Shown: piece by piece, positions 24,325-35,955 of the stretch
Position numbering within the stretch: the stretch's first letter is position 1
Layout: every line of letters starts with the position of its first letter
DNA from: Squalus acanthias
Lineage: Eukaryota
Direction of reading: 5' to 3'
DNA length: 64,000 bases
NCBI GenBank assembly: GCA_030390025.1
Contig: JASTWF010000418.1
Location: forward strand, 248,001 to 312,000
Notes under the pieces: generated by a model
Told to the model about the DNA's origin: nothing
Seen by the model: the letters and a program-made list of their open reading frames with translations, nothing else
Databases searched by the model: none
Program-made: the position numbers and the translations under genes

Positions 24325-26552
24325 TCAACAGTAGTGTCCCCACTGAGCACTGTAGACACCAGCAGAGGGCACCCCACATCACCCAATCTGTTCACAGCAG
24401 TGTCCCCACTGAACACTGTAGACACCAGCAGAGGGCCCCCTACATCACCCAAACTATTCACAGCAGTGGCCCCATTGAACAGTGTAGACACCAGCAGAGG
24501 GCAACCTACATCACCCTGACTATTCACAGCAGTGGCCCTATTGAACACTGTAGACACCAGCAGAGGACGCCCTACATCACCCAAATTATTCACAGCAGTG
24601 TCCCCACTGAACACTGTAGACACCAGCAGAGGGCACCCCACATCACCCTGACTATTCCCAGCAGTGTCCCCATTGAACACTGTAGACACCAGCAGAGGGC
24701 ACCCTACATCACCCTGACTATTCACAGCAGTGTCCCCACTGAACACTGTAGACACCAGCAGAGGGCACCCTACATCACCCAAACTATTCACAGCAGCATC
24801 CCCACTGAACACTGTAGACACCAGCAGAGGGCACCCCATATGACCCAAATTGTTCACAGCAGTGTCCCCATTGAACACTGTAGACACCAGCAGAGGGCAC
24901 CCTACATCACCCTGACTATTCACAGCAGTGTCCCCACTGAACACTGTAGTCACCAGCAGAGGGCACCCGACATCACCCAAACTATTCACAGCAGTGGCCC
25001 CATTGAACACTTTAGACACCAGCAGAGGGCCCCCTATATCACCCAAACTATTCATAAAAGTTTCCCCATGGAACACTGTAGACACCAGCAGAGGGCACCC
25101 CACATCACCCAAACTGTTCACAGCAGTGTCCCCACTGAACACTGTAGACACCAGCAGAGGGCACCCTACATCACCCAAACTGTTCACAGCCGTGTCGCCA
25201 CTGAACACTGTAGACACCATCAGAGGGCAACCTACATCACCCAAACTGTTCACAGCAGTGTCCCCACTGAACACTGTAGACACCAGCAGAGGGCACCCTA
25301 CATCACCCAAACTGTTCACAGCAGTGTCCCCACTGAACACTGTAGACACCAGCAGAGGGCACCCTACATCACCCAAACTGTTCACAGCAGTGTCCCCATT
25401 GAACACTGTAGACACCAGCAGAGGGCACCCCACATCACCCTGACTATTCACAGCAGTGTCCCCATTGAACACTGTAGACACCAGCAGAGGGCACCCTACA
25501 TCACCCAAAATGTTCACAGCAGTGTCCCCTCTGAACACTGTAGACACCAGCAGAGGGCACCCTACATCACCCAAAATGTTCACAGCAGTGTCCCCTCTGA
25601 ACACTGTAGACACCAGCAGAGGGCCCCCTACATCACCCAAAATGTTCACAGCAGTGTCCCCTCTGAACACTGTAGACACCAGCAGAGGGCGCCCGACATC
25701 ACCCAAACTATTCACGGCAGTGTCCCCATTGAACCCTGTAGACACCAGCAGAGGACAACCCACATGAACCAAACTGTTCAAAGCAGTGTTCCCACTGAAC
25801 ACTGTAGACACCAGCAGAGGGCACCCTACATCACCATGACTATTCACAGCAGTGTCCCCATTGAACACTGTAGACACCAGCAGAGGGCACCCTAAATCAC
25901 CATGACAATTCACAGCAGTGTCCCCACTGAACACTGTAGACACCAGCAGACGGCAACCTACATCACCCAAACTATTCAGAGCAGTGTCCCCACTGAACAC
26001 TGTAGACACCAGCAGAGGGCAACCTACATCGCCCTGACTATTCACAGCAATGTCCCCATTGAACACTGTAGGCACCAGCAGAGGGCAACCTACATCACCC
26101 AAACTATTCACAGCAGTGGCCCCATTGAACACTGTAGACACCAGCAGAGGACGCCCTACATCACTCAAACTAATCCCAGCAGTGTCCCCATAGAACACTG
26201 TAGACACCAGCAGAGGCACTCTACATCACCCAAACTATTCACAGCAGTGTCCCCACTGAACACTGTAGACACCAGCAGACGAAACCCCATATGACCCAAA
26301 CTATTCACAACAGTGTCCCCACTGAACACTGTAGACACCAGCAGAGGGCACCCTACATCACATAAACTATTCACAGCAGCGTCCCCACTGAACACGGTTG
26401 GCACCAGCAGAGGGCACCCTACATCACCCAAACTGTTCACAGCAGTGTCCCCACTGAACACTGTAGACACCAGCAGAGGGCACCCTACATCACCCTGACT
26501 ATTCACAGCAGTGTCCCCACTGAACACTGTAGACACCAGCAGAGGGCGCCCT
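24325..26552 (+). repeat. 66-bp minisatellite (~33 copies), most units carrying the CTCF-consensus CCAGCAGAGGGCAC
   Basis: 22-aa periodicity in the ORF track; the motif fits CCASYAGRKGGCRS. Binding is not shown. Confidence 0.9.
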
Positions 26553-26866
26553 CCAGCACCCAATTCAATCTTTGCACAAAACCTGTGATGGTGCGAGACT
26601 CGCCCCCTTCTGTTCTGCTGGTTAGAGAGACTCAGAGCCTCCCTTTCTCCTGGTCTGAGTCTCGGCCCCTCCCTTTCTGCTGGTCTTAGACTCGGCCCCT
26701 CCCTTTCTGCTGGTCAGTGAGACTCGGCTCCTCCCTTTCTGATGGTCAGTGAGACTCGGCCCCTCCCTTTCTGATGGTCAGTGAATCTCGGCCCCTCCCT
26801 TTCTGATGGTCAGTGAGACTCTCCCCTCACTTTCTGCTGGTCTGAGCTGGACATTGAAATCCGAAG

Positions 26867-26952
26867 CTACCTCTTCTGATCCAGCGATGGGATGGTCTCC
26901 ATTTGAAGTTCACCCTGTGGCCAGAGACTGTTTCTCTGCATTCGGTAACTGC
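26867..26952 (-). CDS. IgSF receptor exon 11: cytoplasmic tail GSYRMQRNSLWPQGELQMETIPSLDQKR*
   Basis: Strong polypyrimidine acceptor (ctcttccctcacctgcag), phase 1 matching the TM exon, TAG at 26869-26867. No nearby poly(A) signal seen, so further exons are not excluded. Confidence 0.7.
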
Positions 26953-27029
26953 CTGCAGGTGAGGGAAGAGAAGAGGAAAAATATCGGCTTCAGTTTATCA
27001 GGAAAATCACACTGAGATCAGTCCCAATG

Positions 27030-27420
27030 GCCTTGATCTACCTGTCTGTGTACCTGGGCTCTGATCCACCTGTCTGTGTACCTGGGGACTGATCCACCTG
27101 TCTGTGTACCTGGGCTCTGATCCACCTGTCTGTGTACCTGGGGTCTGAGCTACCTGTCTGTGCACCTGGTGTCTGATCCACCTGTCTGTGTACCTGAGGT
27201 CTGATCGACCTGTCTGTGTACCCGGGGTCTGATCCACCTGTCTGTGTACCTGGGGTCTGATCCACCTGTCTGTGTACCTGAGGTCTGATCGACCTGTCTG
27301 TGTACCCGGGGTCTGATCCACCTGTCTGTGTACCTGGGGTCAGATCCACCTGTCCGTGTACCTGGGGTCTGATCCACCTGTCTGTGTACCCGGTGTCTGA
27401 TCTACCTGTCTGTCTGTGTG
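27030..27420. repeat. 28-bp intronic minisatellite (CTGATCCACCTGTCTGTGTACCTGGGGT)
   Basis: Direct tandem repeat. Confidence 0.9.
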
Positions 27421-27535
27421 TTCTTTGTGAGATAAGACCGCTCACTGTAATTACCGGACTGTAATCGGTCGCTAATTGCACAGTGATTTCCTCCAGTTCA
27501 TTCCCGTTAAACCCCCTCACACACTCCGAACCTAC

Positions 27536-27673
27536 CCTTTCTCTTCTGCCTGCAAGTCCTGATGCTGTGGGAAACGCTCAGGATGATGACTGTGTAGACG
27601 ATCAGCCCGCAGACTGCGAGGAGAATCCAGAGCCAGGCCCAGTCCCCGAGCTCTCCCCTCAATATCGAGGGCC
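27536..27673 (-). CDS. IgSF receptor exon 10: transmembrane (WAWLWILLAVCGLIVYTVIILSV) plus basic stop-transfer RQKRK
   Basis: ccccacag acceptor, G|GTAGG donor, 138 nt, phase 1-1. Confidence 0.88.
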
Positions 27674-28004
27674 CTGTGGGGAAGCAGAGGTTGAGAGGTG
27701 AGCGTGCTCCACATCTTGAAACCGCCTTAACATTCAGCAATCTGCTCAGGGTTATCTGGAGCGCAGAGTGGGGAGTTATTCAGCCGTGGGAGGGCGGAGA
27801 TGGTTGGACCCCCCCCCACCGCCCCCTCTTTTCAGAGGAGTGGGTGGGAGGAACATTCACCTCGTCAGCCCGTGGCCAACACACGGGCGAGATGTGGCTC
27901 GGGGGCCTGGGTCGGTGCTGAAAGACACTGAAAATAGCCCGCCAGAAATCTTCAGGAGCCAGTAACAAGCTTGACTGTCCCAGGGATTGTGTCCTTACAT
28001 AACA

Positions 28005-30230
28005 GAGAGGGTTGATGAGGGTAGTGCGGTAGATGTCATATATCTGGACTTTCAAAAGGCGTTTGATAAAGTACCACATGTTAGCAAAATTTAAGCCCGT
28101 GGGATTAAAGGGACAGTGGCAGCATGGATTTGCCGAGGGGACAGAAAGCAGAGAGTAGTGGTGAACGGTTGTATTCCAGACTTGGGGGGAGTACACAGTG
28201 GAGTCCCCCAGGGGTCTGTATTAGGACCACTGCTCTTTTTGATATATATTAATGACCTGGACTTGGGTATACAGGGCATCATTTCATAGTTTCTCGATGA
28301 TACAAAACTCGGAAATGTAGTAAACAGTGAGGAGGATAGTAACAGACTTCAGGAGGACACAGACAGACTGGTGGAATGGGCAGACACGTGGCAGATGAAG
28401 TTTAATGCAGAGAAGTGTCAAGAGATACATTTTGGTAGGAAGAATGAGGAGAGGCAATATAAACTAAAGGGTACAATTTGAAAGGGTGTGCAGGAACAGA
28501 GAGACCTTGGGGGTGTCCGTACACAAGTCTTTGAAGGTGGCAGGGCAGGTTGAGGAAGCAGTTAAAAAAGCATACAGGATCCTCGGGGGAGAAATTCGGT
28601 ATCGCCCCGTTTGGGGCGCGATTATCGGCCGGGCACAAGGTTTAGCGCCTGGCGATAATTATCGCCTCCGACTGCAAACTTGGCTTCTATCGCCCCTGGA
28701 TGTGATTGGAGCGCTAAATCAGGCGCTACACACCTCTCTTAAGGCGCTAACGCCGAGGAGCGAGGCGCCAACTCAGAGCGCTGGCGAAGCTCATGTGATG
28801 TCAGTCAGCAATGGAACACAGACACACTGGCGCCAGCCAGTTCTGAAAGGGGAGGGTCGATCTTGCTCTCCATCCACACCCTGCTCATTGCAGCCTTGAA
28901 TCGCGGCCTGGAGAGGCCTGTACATCAAATCTGCTGGAAAGAACAATGGAGAGACACAGGGAAAGAGCTCAGAGTGCAGCCCCCACAGTCTCTTCTAAAT
29001 CGATGCAAGGAAGGTCAAATCAAAATGAACCTGCAAGGTGCTGCTCAGTACCCAAAACTCCTTCACACAGCATTGAATCTCTCCAGAAGTCTCTCTCTCT
29101 CAGAATGCGTGGTGCAAAAATGTCGCCGACAAAAAAAGGCAGGAAGCGGTCGCCTTTAAATAGCGCTCCCCCAGTCCCTTCCCGACTGCAAAACGCTCCC
29201 CTCAACTTGTCGTTGCTAGTGGCAGGCGGAAAGGCAGGGGGCGCCACTCAATATCCGGTCCGGGGCGCTACCGGGGCGTTGCACGCTCGACTGATGTCAT
29301 GATCTGCGGGCGCAGGAGATCGTGGCGGTAGTGTTTAGCGCCGCCGCAAAATGTCTGGTCAATTTCGCGAGCGGCGCAAATATCGCCGCGCCCGGGCGCT
29401 AGTTGCTTTGCAACCCATTAGCACCCTCTTAGGTGCAAAGCAACTGAATATATCCCCCCTTGATTTTATAAATAGAGGCACAGAGTACAAAAGCAAGGAA
29501 GTTATGCTAAACGTTTATAACACACTGGTTAGGCCTCAGCTGGAGTATTGTGTCCAATTCTGGGCACCGCACTTTAGGAAGAACATCAAGGCCTTTGAGA
29601 GGGTGCAGAGGAGATTTACTGGAACGGTACCAGGGATGAGGGACTTCAGTTACGTGGAGAGACTGGAGAAGCTGGGGTTGTTCTCCTTGGAGCAGAGAAG
29701 GTTAAGGGGAGATTGACCAGAATGGTACCAGGGATGAGGGACTTCAGTTATGTGGAGAGACTGGAGAAGCTGGGATTGTTCTCCTTAGAGCAGAGAAGGT
29801 TAAGGGGAGATTGACCAGAATGGTACCAGGGATGAGGGACTTCAGTTACGTGGAGAGACTGGAGAAGCTGGGATTGTTCTCCTTAGAGCAGAGAAGGTTA
29901 AGTGGAGATTGACCAGAATGGTACCAGGGATGAGGGACTTCAGTTACGTGGAGAGACTGGAGAAGCTGGGGTTGTTCTCCTTAGAGCAGAGTAAGGTTAA
30001 GAGGATATTTGATGGAGGCGTTGAAAATCATGGAGGGTTTTGATAGAGTAAATAAGGAGAAACTGTTTCCCGTGGCAGCAGAATACTTGCAGGGGAAACA
30101 TTTTCAGGGCTATGGGCAAAGAGCAGGGGGGAGTGGGACTAATTGGAGAGCTCTTTCAAAGAGCCGGCACAGGCATGATGGGCCGAATGGCCACCTCCTT
30201 CTGTGCAGGTACTATGACACTATGATCTCT
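28005..30230 (+). mobile_element. Degenerate CR1 with an internal ~98-bp tandem amplification (29711-30000)
   Basis: RT motifs; repeated GATTGACCAGAATGG blocks. Confidence 0.8.
28585..29458. mobile_element. Diverged member of the ~890-bp Harbinger-like MITE family inside a CR1
   Basis: GGGGGAGAAATT / AATATATCCCCC ends; internal similarity to 42493-43386. Confidence 0.75.
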
Positions 30231-31176
30231 GTCCTGCCTCCATGAAAGGCCACATCCAGACTGACCTTTGAAGACTTAAAAAGCAATTAAAGTGGAGACA
30301 AGGGTGTCTAGAATTTCAACCGCCCGTAAGAACTTTATTATCTAGGTCACATTCCGAGGTATCTTTTAATCAGCGTTCAGCAGTTTGAGTGAACGATTGA
30401 GGAGGCAGCTTACACATGTTTACCTTAGGACATGTAACCAATCAGTGAAGGTGCATGCGGGCCAAGATCCAATCAGGATGCAGCAATGAATTTTGCATGA
30501 GGCTGCCATGTATTGTAATGTATAAAAATGTAGTGTTTGCTGTAACAATTTGGTGAAGTCTGTCTAAAGACAGAGCAGACTGTCTCCCCACCGGTGTAAT
30601 AAAGACAACTTGATTATCGATCCGAAAACCTTGTGTCGAGTGTTGGTTTAAAATTCTCCACAACAGGATCTTGGCCACAAGGACTGCAGCGGTTCAAGAA
30701 GGCGGCCCACCACCACCTTCTCAAGGGCAATTAGGGATGGGCAATAAATGCCGGCCTTGCCAGCGACGCCCACATCCCAGGAACGAATTAAAAAAAAGAG
30801 GAACTGAAACCTACGCTGGTGGAGCAGAAGGAATGGGGGACGGGGAGAAGGATGTTGGAGGAGTGATGGGAGGGCGCAGGGTTTTTTTAAGGAAGGAGGT
30901 CACAGACGAAAGGCACGGGGAGGATACGGAGGGAGGCGATCGCCAGGGCAAGAGTTTTGAGGTGAGTGGAGCTAGGAGCCTGGGGAGGGTTGGAGAGGAC
31001 ACGGGGCGGTGGGAGAGTGGGAAGACGTGGGCCGTTGGGGGTTTGGGATGAGTTGGAGTTTGCCCAGGTCGGGTTGAGGAGACAGCCCGGAGAGGACTGC
31101 GGAGTGACCGGCGAGCGAGTCACGACGCGCGAGGACCGGGGAGAAGCTCCACCCCCCTCACCAGAGGCTTCTTCAC

Positions 31177-31500
31177 CTCGCTCCTTCCTGAGCACCCGTT
31201 CCACCAGTTCTTTCGAGGACCGGTGTCCCACCACACAGGAGTAGCTCTGGCCCCTCTCCCAGGCTGCCGACGGGACGGAGAGCTGGCTGACCGCGCCGAA
31301 GGTCCCGTTGCTGTCTGGGGTCACCGGGAAGGTGGTCCTTCCGCTTGTGACCTCGCTGCCCTGGGCTCTCCAGGTCAAGTACACGTCTCCAGGGTAGAAA
31401 CCGGACACAAAGCAGGCCAGAGTTGTCGTCCCATCGTTGAGGGAACCCTCCCGCTGTCCCACTTCCAAGGTACGTATTTCAGGGCTCCTCACCAGCTGGG
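31177..31500 (-). CDS. IgSF receptor exon 9: C1-set domain C7 (alternative in-frame donor would end the exon at 31162)
   Basis: TLACFVSGFYP...LTW...SQLSVPSAAWERGQSYSCVVGH; gatttcag acceptor; phase 1-1. Confidence 0.9.
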
Positions 31501-31674
31501 CTGAAATCACAACAGGAATGGGTTTAGAAATCCCGGGAGGTGTAGAGAATTTCAGCCCCGGGTCCTGGGAGTCCCCCCATCTGGGACTGCAAACTGTCCA
31601 GTGAATCACATCCCTCATCAATCTCCCATCAAAGACCATCTCCTGCTAATCTATTCATCACACCAGACCCCCTA

Positions 31675-32025
31675 CCTCTCCCATTGAAGCCCATCCCTCT
31701 AGTCCTCTAACTCTCCCATCGAGGCCCATCCCTCTAGTCCCCTAACTCTCCCATCAAAGCACATCCCTCCAGTCTCCTAACTCTCCCATCGAAGCCCATC
31801 CCTCTAGTCCCCTAACTCTCCCATTGAAGCCCATCCCTCCAGTCCCCTAACTCTCCCATCGAGGCCCATCCCTCTAATCCCCGAACTCTCCCATCGAAGC
31901 CCATCCCTCTAGTCCCCTAACTCTCCCATCGAAGCCCATCCCTCTACTCCCCTAACTCTCCCATCAAATCCCATCCCTCTAGTCCCCTAACTCTCCCATC
32001 GAAGCCCAACCCTCTAGTCTCCCAA
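31675..32025. repeat. 35-bp intronic minisatellite
   Basis: CCATCGAAGCCCATCCCTCTAGTCCCCTAACTCTC repeated. Confidence 0.85.
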
Positions 32026-32130
32026 CCCTAACTAGTTCCCCCCTCACACATGCCGCCCTCCCCTACCCCAACCCCACCTCCCCTCCCCCTACCCTCTCCA
32101 CCCCGCCCCCTGCCCCGATCGCTGACTCAC

Positions 32131-32450
32131 CGTCTCCTGCAGTGATGGTGCTGGTTATTGGGGTTGTCAGTGCCTCGTGTGTAACCTCACAGGTGTAACT
32201 GGCCCCCGAACCCCAGTCCTCCCTGGACACCGTCAACTCACTCCTGGACCTGTAGGTCCCGTCCGGGTTGGCAAGGCACGGCAGAGCCTGGGAGCCGCCG
32301 CCCACCTCCGACTCCGCACCGATCCACCGGAAGGATATCGTATCCGGGTAGAACCCAGTGGCGGCGCAGGCCAGCGTGGCGGTCTGATTGGTCAGAATCT
32401 CCTGGATCGAGGGAGGGACGAGGCGGACGGACGGAGGGGAGGGGGACGGG
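32131..32450 (-). CDS. IgSF receptor exon 8: C1-set domain C6 (320 nt from the canonical acceptor, 1 nt out of phase)
   Basis: ATLACAATGFYP...FRW...SELTVSREDWGSGASYTCEVTH; G|GTGAGT donor. Confidence 0.85.
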
Positions 32451-32629
32451 CTGAGGGGGGAAAACAAAACATGGATTAGGAGCCAGGAATCTGCGGGAAT
32501 GAACTCAACGTCACCTCAGGGAGGCTGGAGGTCAAATCACGGCCCAGAGAGAGGGGCTGAAGGGTCCTCGCTCTCTGATGGGCAGTGGGTCAGAAAATGA
32601 CCTCTCTCCCTCGGGAACCTGCAGATTCT

Positions 32630-33145
32630 ACAAAGTAGTTACAGCACAGAAACAGGCCATTCGGCCCAACTGGTCCATGCCGGTGTTTATGCTCCACTCG
32701 AGCCTCCTCCCACCCTTTTCATCAAACCCCATCAGCATATCCTTCTACCCCTTTCTCCCTCTTATACTTACCTGGTTCCCCTTAAATGCATCTCTGCTTT
32801 TCATCTCCATCACTCCCTGTGGTAGCGAGTCCCACATACCCACCACTCTCTGGGCAAAGAAGTTTCTCCTGAATTCCCGATTGGATTTATCAGTGACTAT
32901 CTTATATTGACGGCCCCTAGTGCTGGTCTCACCCCACAAGTGAAAATATCTTCTCTACGTCTACCCTATCAAACCCTTTCATCATTTTAAAGACCTCTAT
33001 CAGGTCACCCCTCAGTCTTCTCTTTGCCAGAGAAATGTGCCCCAGGCTGTTCAGTCTTTCCTGATGGTTATAACCTTTCAGTTCTGGTATCATCCTTGTA
33101 AATCTTTTTTACATCTTCTCCAGTGCCTCTATATCCAATTTATAA
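32630..33145 (-). mobile_element. CR1 3' fragment
   Basis: EFRRNFFAQRVVGMWDSLP; runs directly into the 51-bp array. Confidence 0.8.
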
Positions 33146-34818
33146 TGTGGAGACCAGAACTGTGCACCGTGCTCCAAGTGTGGTCTAACCCAGGTATATG
33201 GAGACCAGAACTGTGCACCGTGCTCCAAGTGTCGACTATCCAAGGTATATGGAGACCAGAACTGTGCACCGTGCTCCAAGTGTGATCTATCCAAGGCATA
33301 TGGAGACCAGAACTGTGCACAGTGCTCCAAGTGTGGTCTAACCAAGGTCTATGGAGACCAGGACTGTGCACAGTGCTCCAAGTGTGGTCTAACCAAGGTA
33401 CATGGAGACCAGAACTGTGCACAGTGCTCCAAGTACTGTCAAAACAAAGTATAAGGAGACCAGGACTGTGCACAGTGCTCCAAGTGTGGTCTAACCAAGG
33501 TATATGGAGACCAGGACTGTGCACAGTGCTCCAAGTGTGGTCTAAACAAGGTATATGGAGACCAGGACTGTGCACAGTGCTCCAAGTGTGGTCTAACCCA
33601 GGTATATGGAGACCAGAACTGTGCACCGTGCTCCAAGTGTGGTCTAACCAAGGTATATGGAGACCAGAACTGTTCACAGTGCTCCAAGTGTGGTCTAACC
33701 AAGGTCTATGGAGACCATGACTGTGCACAGTGCTCCAAGTGTGGTCTAACCAAGGTACATGGAGACCAGAACTGTGCACAGTGCTCCAAGTACTGTCAAA
33801 ACAAAGTATAAGGAGACCAGGACTGTGCACAGTGCTCCAAGTGTGGTCTAACCAAGGTATATGGAGACCAGGACTGTGCACAGTGCTCCAAGTGTGGTCT
33901 AACCCAGGTATATGGAGACCAGAACTGTGCACAGTGCTCCAAGTGTGGTCTAACCCAGGTATATGGAGACCAGGACTGTGCACAGTGCTCCAAGTGTGGT
34001 CTAACCCAGGTATATGGAGACCAGAACTGTTCACAGTGCTCCAAGTGTGGTCTAACCAAGGTCTATGGAGACCAGGACTGTGCACAGTGCTCCAAGTGTG
34101 GTCTAACCAAGGTACATGGAGACCAGAACTGTGCACAGTGCTCCAAGTACTGTCAAAACAAAGTATATGGAGACCAGGACTGTGCACAGTGCTCCAAGTG
34201 TGGTCTAACCAAGGTATATGGAGACCAGGACTGTGCACAGTGCTCCAAGTGTGGTCTAAACAAGGTATATGGAGACCAGGACTGTGCACAGTGCTCCAAG
34301 TGTGGTCTAACCCAGGTATATGGAGACTAGAACTGTACACAGTGCTCCAAGTGTGGTCTAACCAAGGTATATGGAGACCAGAACTGTGCACAGTGCTCCA
34401 AGTGTGGTCTAACCCAGGTATATGGAGACCAGAACTGTGCACAGTGCTCCAAGTGTGGTCTAACCCAGGTATATGGAGACTAGAACTGTACACAGTGCTC
34501 CAAGTGTGGTCTAACCAAGGTATATGGAGACCAGGACTGTGCACAGTGCTCCAAGTGTGGTCTAACCAAGGTATATGGAGACCAGGACTGTGCACAGTGC
34601 TCCAAGTGTGGTCTAACCAAGGTATATGGAGACCAGGACTGTGCACAGTGCTCCAAGTGTGGTCTAACCCAGGTATATGGAGACCAGGACTGTGCACAGT
34701 GCTCCAAGTGTGGTCTAACCAAGGTATATGGAGACCAGGACTGTGCACAGTGCTCCAAGTGTGGTCTAACCAAGGTATATGGAGACCAGGACTGTGCACA
34801 GTGCTCCAAGTGTGGTCT
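33146..34818. repeat. 51-bp minisatellite amplified from CR1 RT coding sequence (LVRPHLEHCAQFWSPY)
   Basis: 17-aa periodicity; contiguous with its parent CR1 fragment. Confidence 0.92.
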
Positions 34819-34874
34819 GAAGGCGTGATCTAGCCTGGGGACCCTCGGTTGTGTATCAATCGCACTTCACTGAC

Positions 34875-35192
34875 CTTCGCTGCGGACCTGTGTCCTGATT
34901 GGCTCAGCCAGTGTCCGGTGAGACACCAGGCAGGTGTAGAGTGATCCTGATGTCCACTGCGAGCTGGAGGCGGTCAGTCTGCTGATCAGGGTATAACTCC
35001 CGTCCGGTTGGATGGAGGGGCCGGTGTCCGCGAAGCCTGAACTGACCGGCTGACCGTCCACCTCCCAGGAGAGCGAGATGTTCCGCGGGTAGAAACCGGT
35101 GGCTCCGCAGGTGAGTTTGACCTCGCTCCCGGCCGTGATCTCCTCAGGAGGAGGGCGGTGGAGGAAGGTGGAGGGAGGCTGCGGAGAGTGCA
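34875..35192 (-). CDS. IgSF receptor exon 7: C1-set domain C5
   Basis: LTCGATGFYP...LSW...SRLTASSSQWTSGSLYTCLVSH; tttacag acceptor, AG|GTCAGT donor; 318 nt. Confidence 0.92.
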
Positions 35193-35249
35193 CTGTAAAG
35201 GAGAGGGTTAAACATTGTGAAGATCATTCTCCGGGTAATATCACTTCCA

Positions 35250-35650
35250 ACAAACGCCCATTTATCTCGGCCCCTTTAACACAGTAACACCTCCCAAGGA
35301 GCTTCACAGGAGCGATTAGCAAACAAAATTGACACTGAGCCCCATAAGGAGATATTAGGACAGGTGACCAAAACCTTGGTCAAGGAGGTCGGTTTTAAGG
35401 AGCGTCTTAAAGGAGGAGAGAGAGGCGGAGAGGTTTAGGCAGGGAATTCCAGAGCTTAGGGTCCCAGGCAGCTGAAGGCACGGCCGCCAATGGTGGAGCG
35501 ATGGGAATCGGGGGATGAGCAAGAGGCCAGAATTGGAGGAACGCCGAGATCTGGGAGGGTTGTAGGGCTGGAGGAGGTTACAGAGATAAGGAGAGGGGCG
35601 AGGGCCATGGAGGGAGTTGGACACCAGGATGAGAATTTTGAAAGGGTTGG
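35250..35650 (-). mobile_element. Probable L2-like LINE 3' fragment
   Basis: Degenerate C-terminal ORF (LAPLL..., SSFKTLLKTDLL) and an L2-type tail; by eye only. Confidence 0.5.
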
Positions 35651-35955
35651 GGTTCCCATCAATTCAAAGCAGAGGAATCGGGAACCAGACAGAGGTCACT
35701 GACCTGCACAGGAGGGTCATCAGGATGTGAGTCAGTGCAAAACAAGAACATCAACACAACCCAACCCTTTCTTACACAACAGGACAATCATTGTCACAAG
35801 ATCGGGCAAATCACTGTACCTGCCCTGGGAGTGATTGATGGGACAGTGTAGAGGGAGCTTTACTCTGTATCTAACCCGTGCTGTCCCTGCCCTGGGAGTG
35901 TTTGATGGGACAGTGTAGAGGGAGCTTTACTCTGTATCTAACCCGTGCTGTACCT

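Noticed and set aside
24135-26563. Long ORFs (586 and 632 aa) in the 66-bp array, and similar ORFs in the 33- and 51-bp arrays
   Set aside because: Unit lengths are multiples of 3 and ORFs are open on both strands with no protein-like features, so they are artefacts of the repeats.
30410-30665. Possible small LTR (CCAAT boxes, TATAAAA, AATAAA, ...ACAACA end)
   Set aside because: No 5' terminus or TSD could be defined.
30887-31176. Read-through after C7 as an Ig secretory tailpiece
   Set aside because: About 95 aa of low-complexity sequence with no N-x-S/penultimate-Cys tailpiece pattern. A minus-strand AATAAA at 30334-30339 is not enough support.
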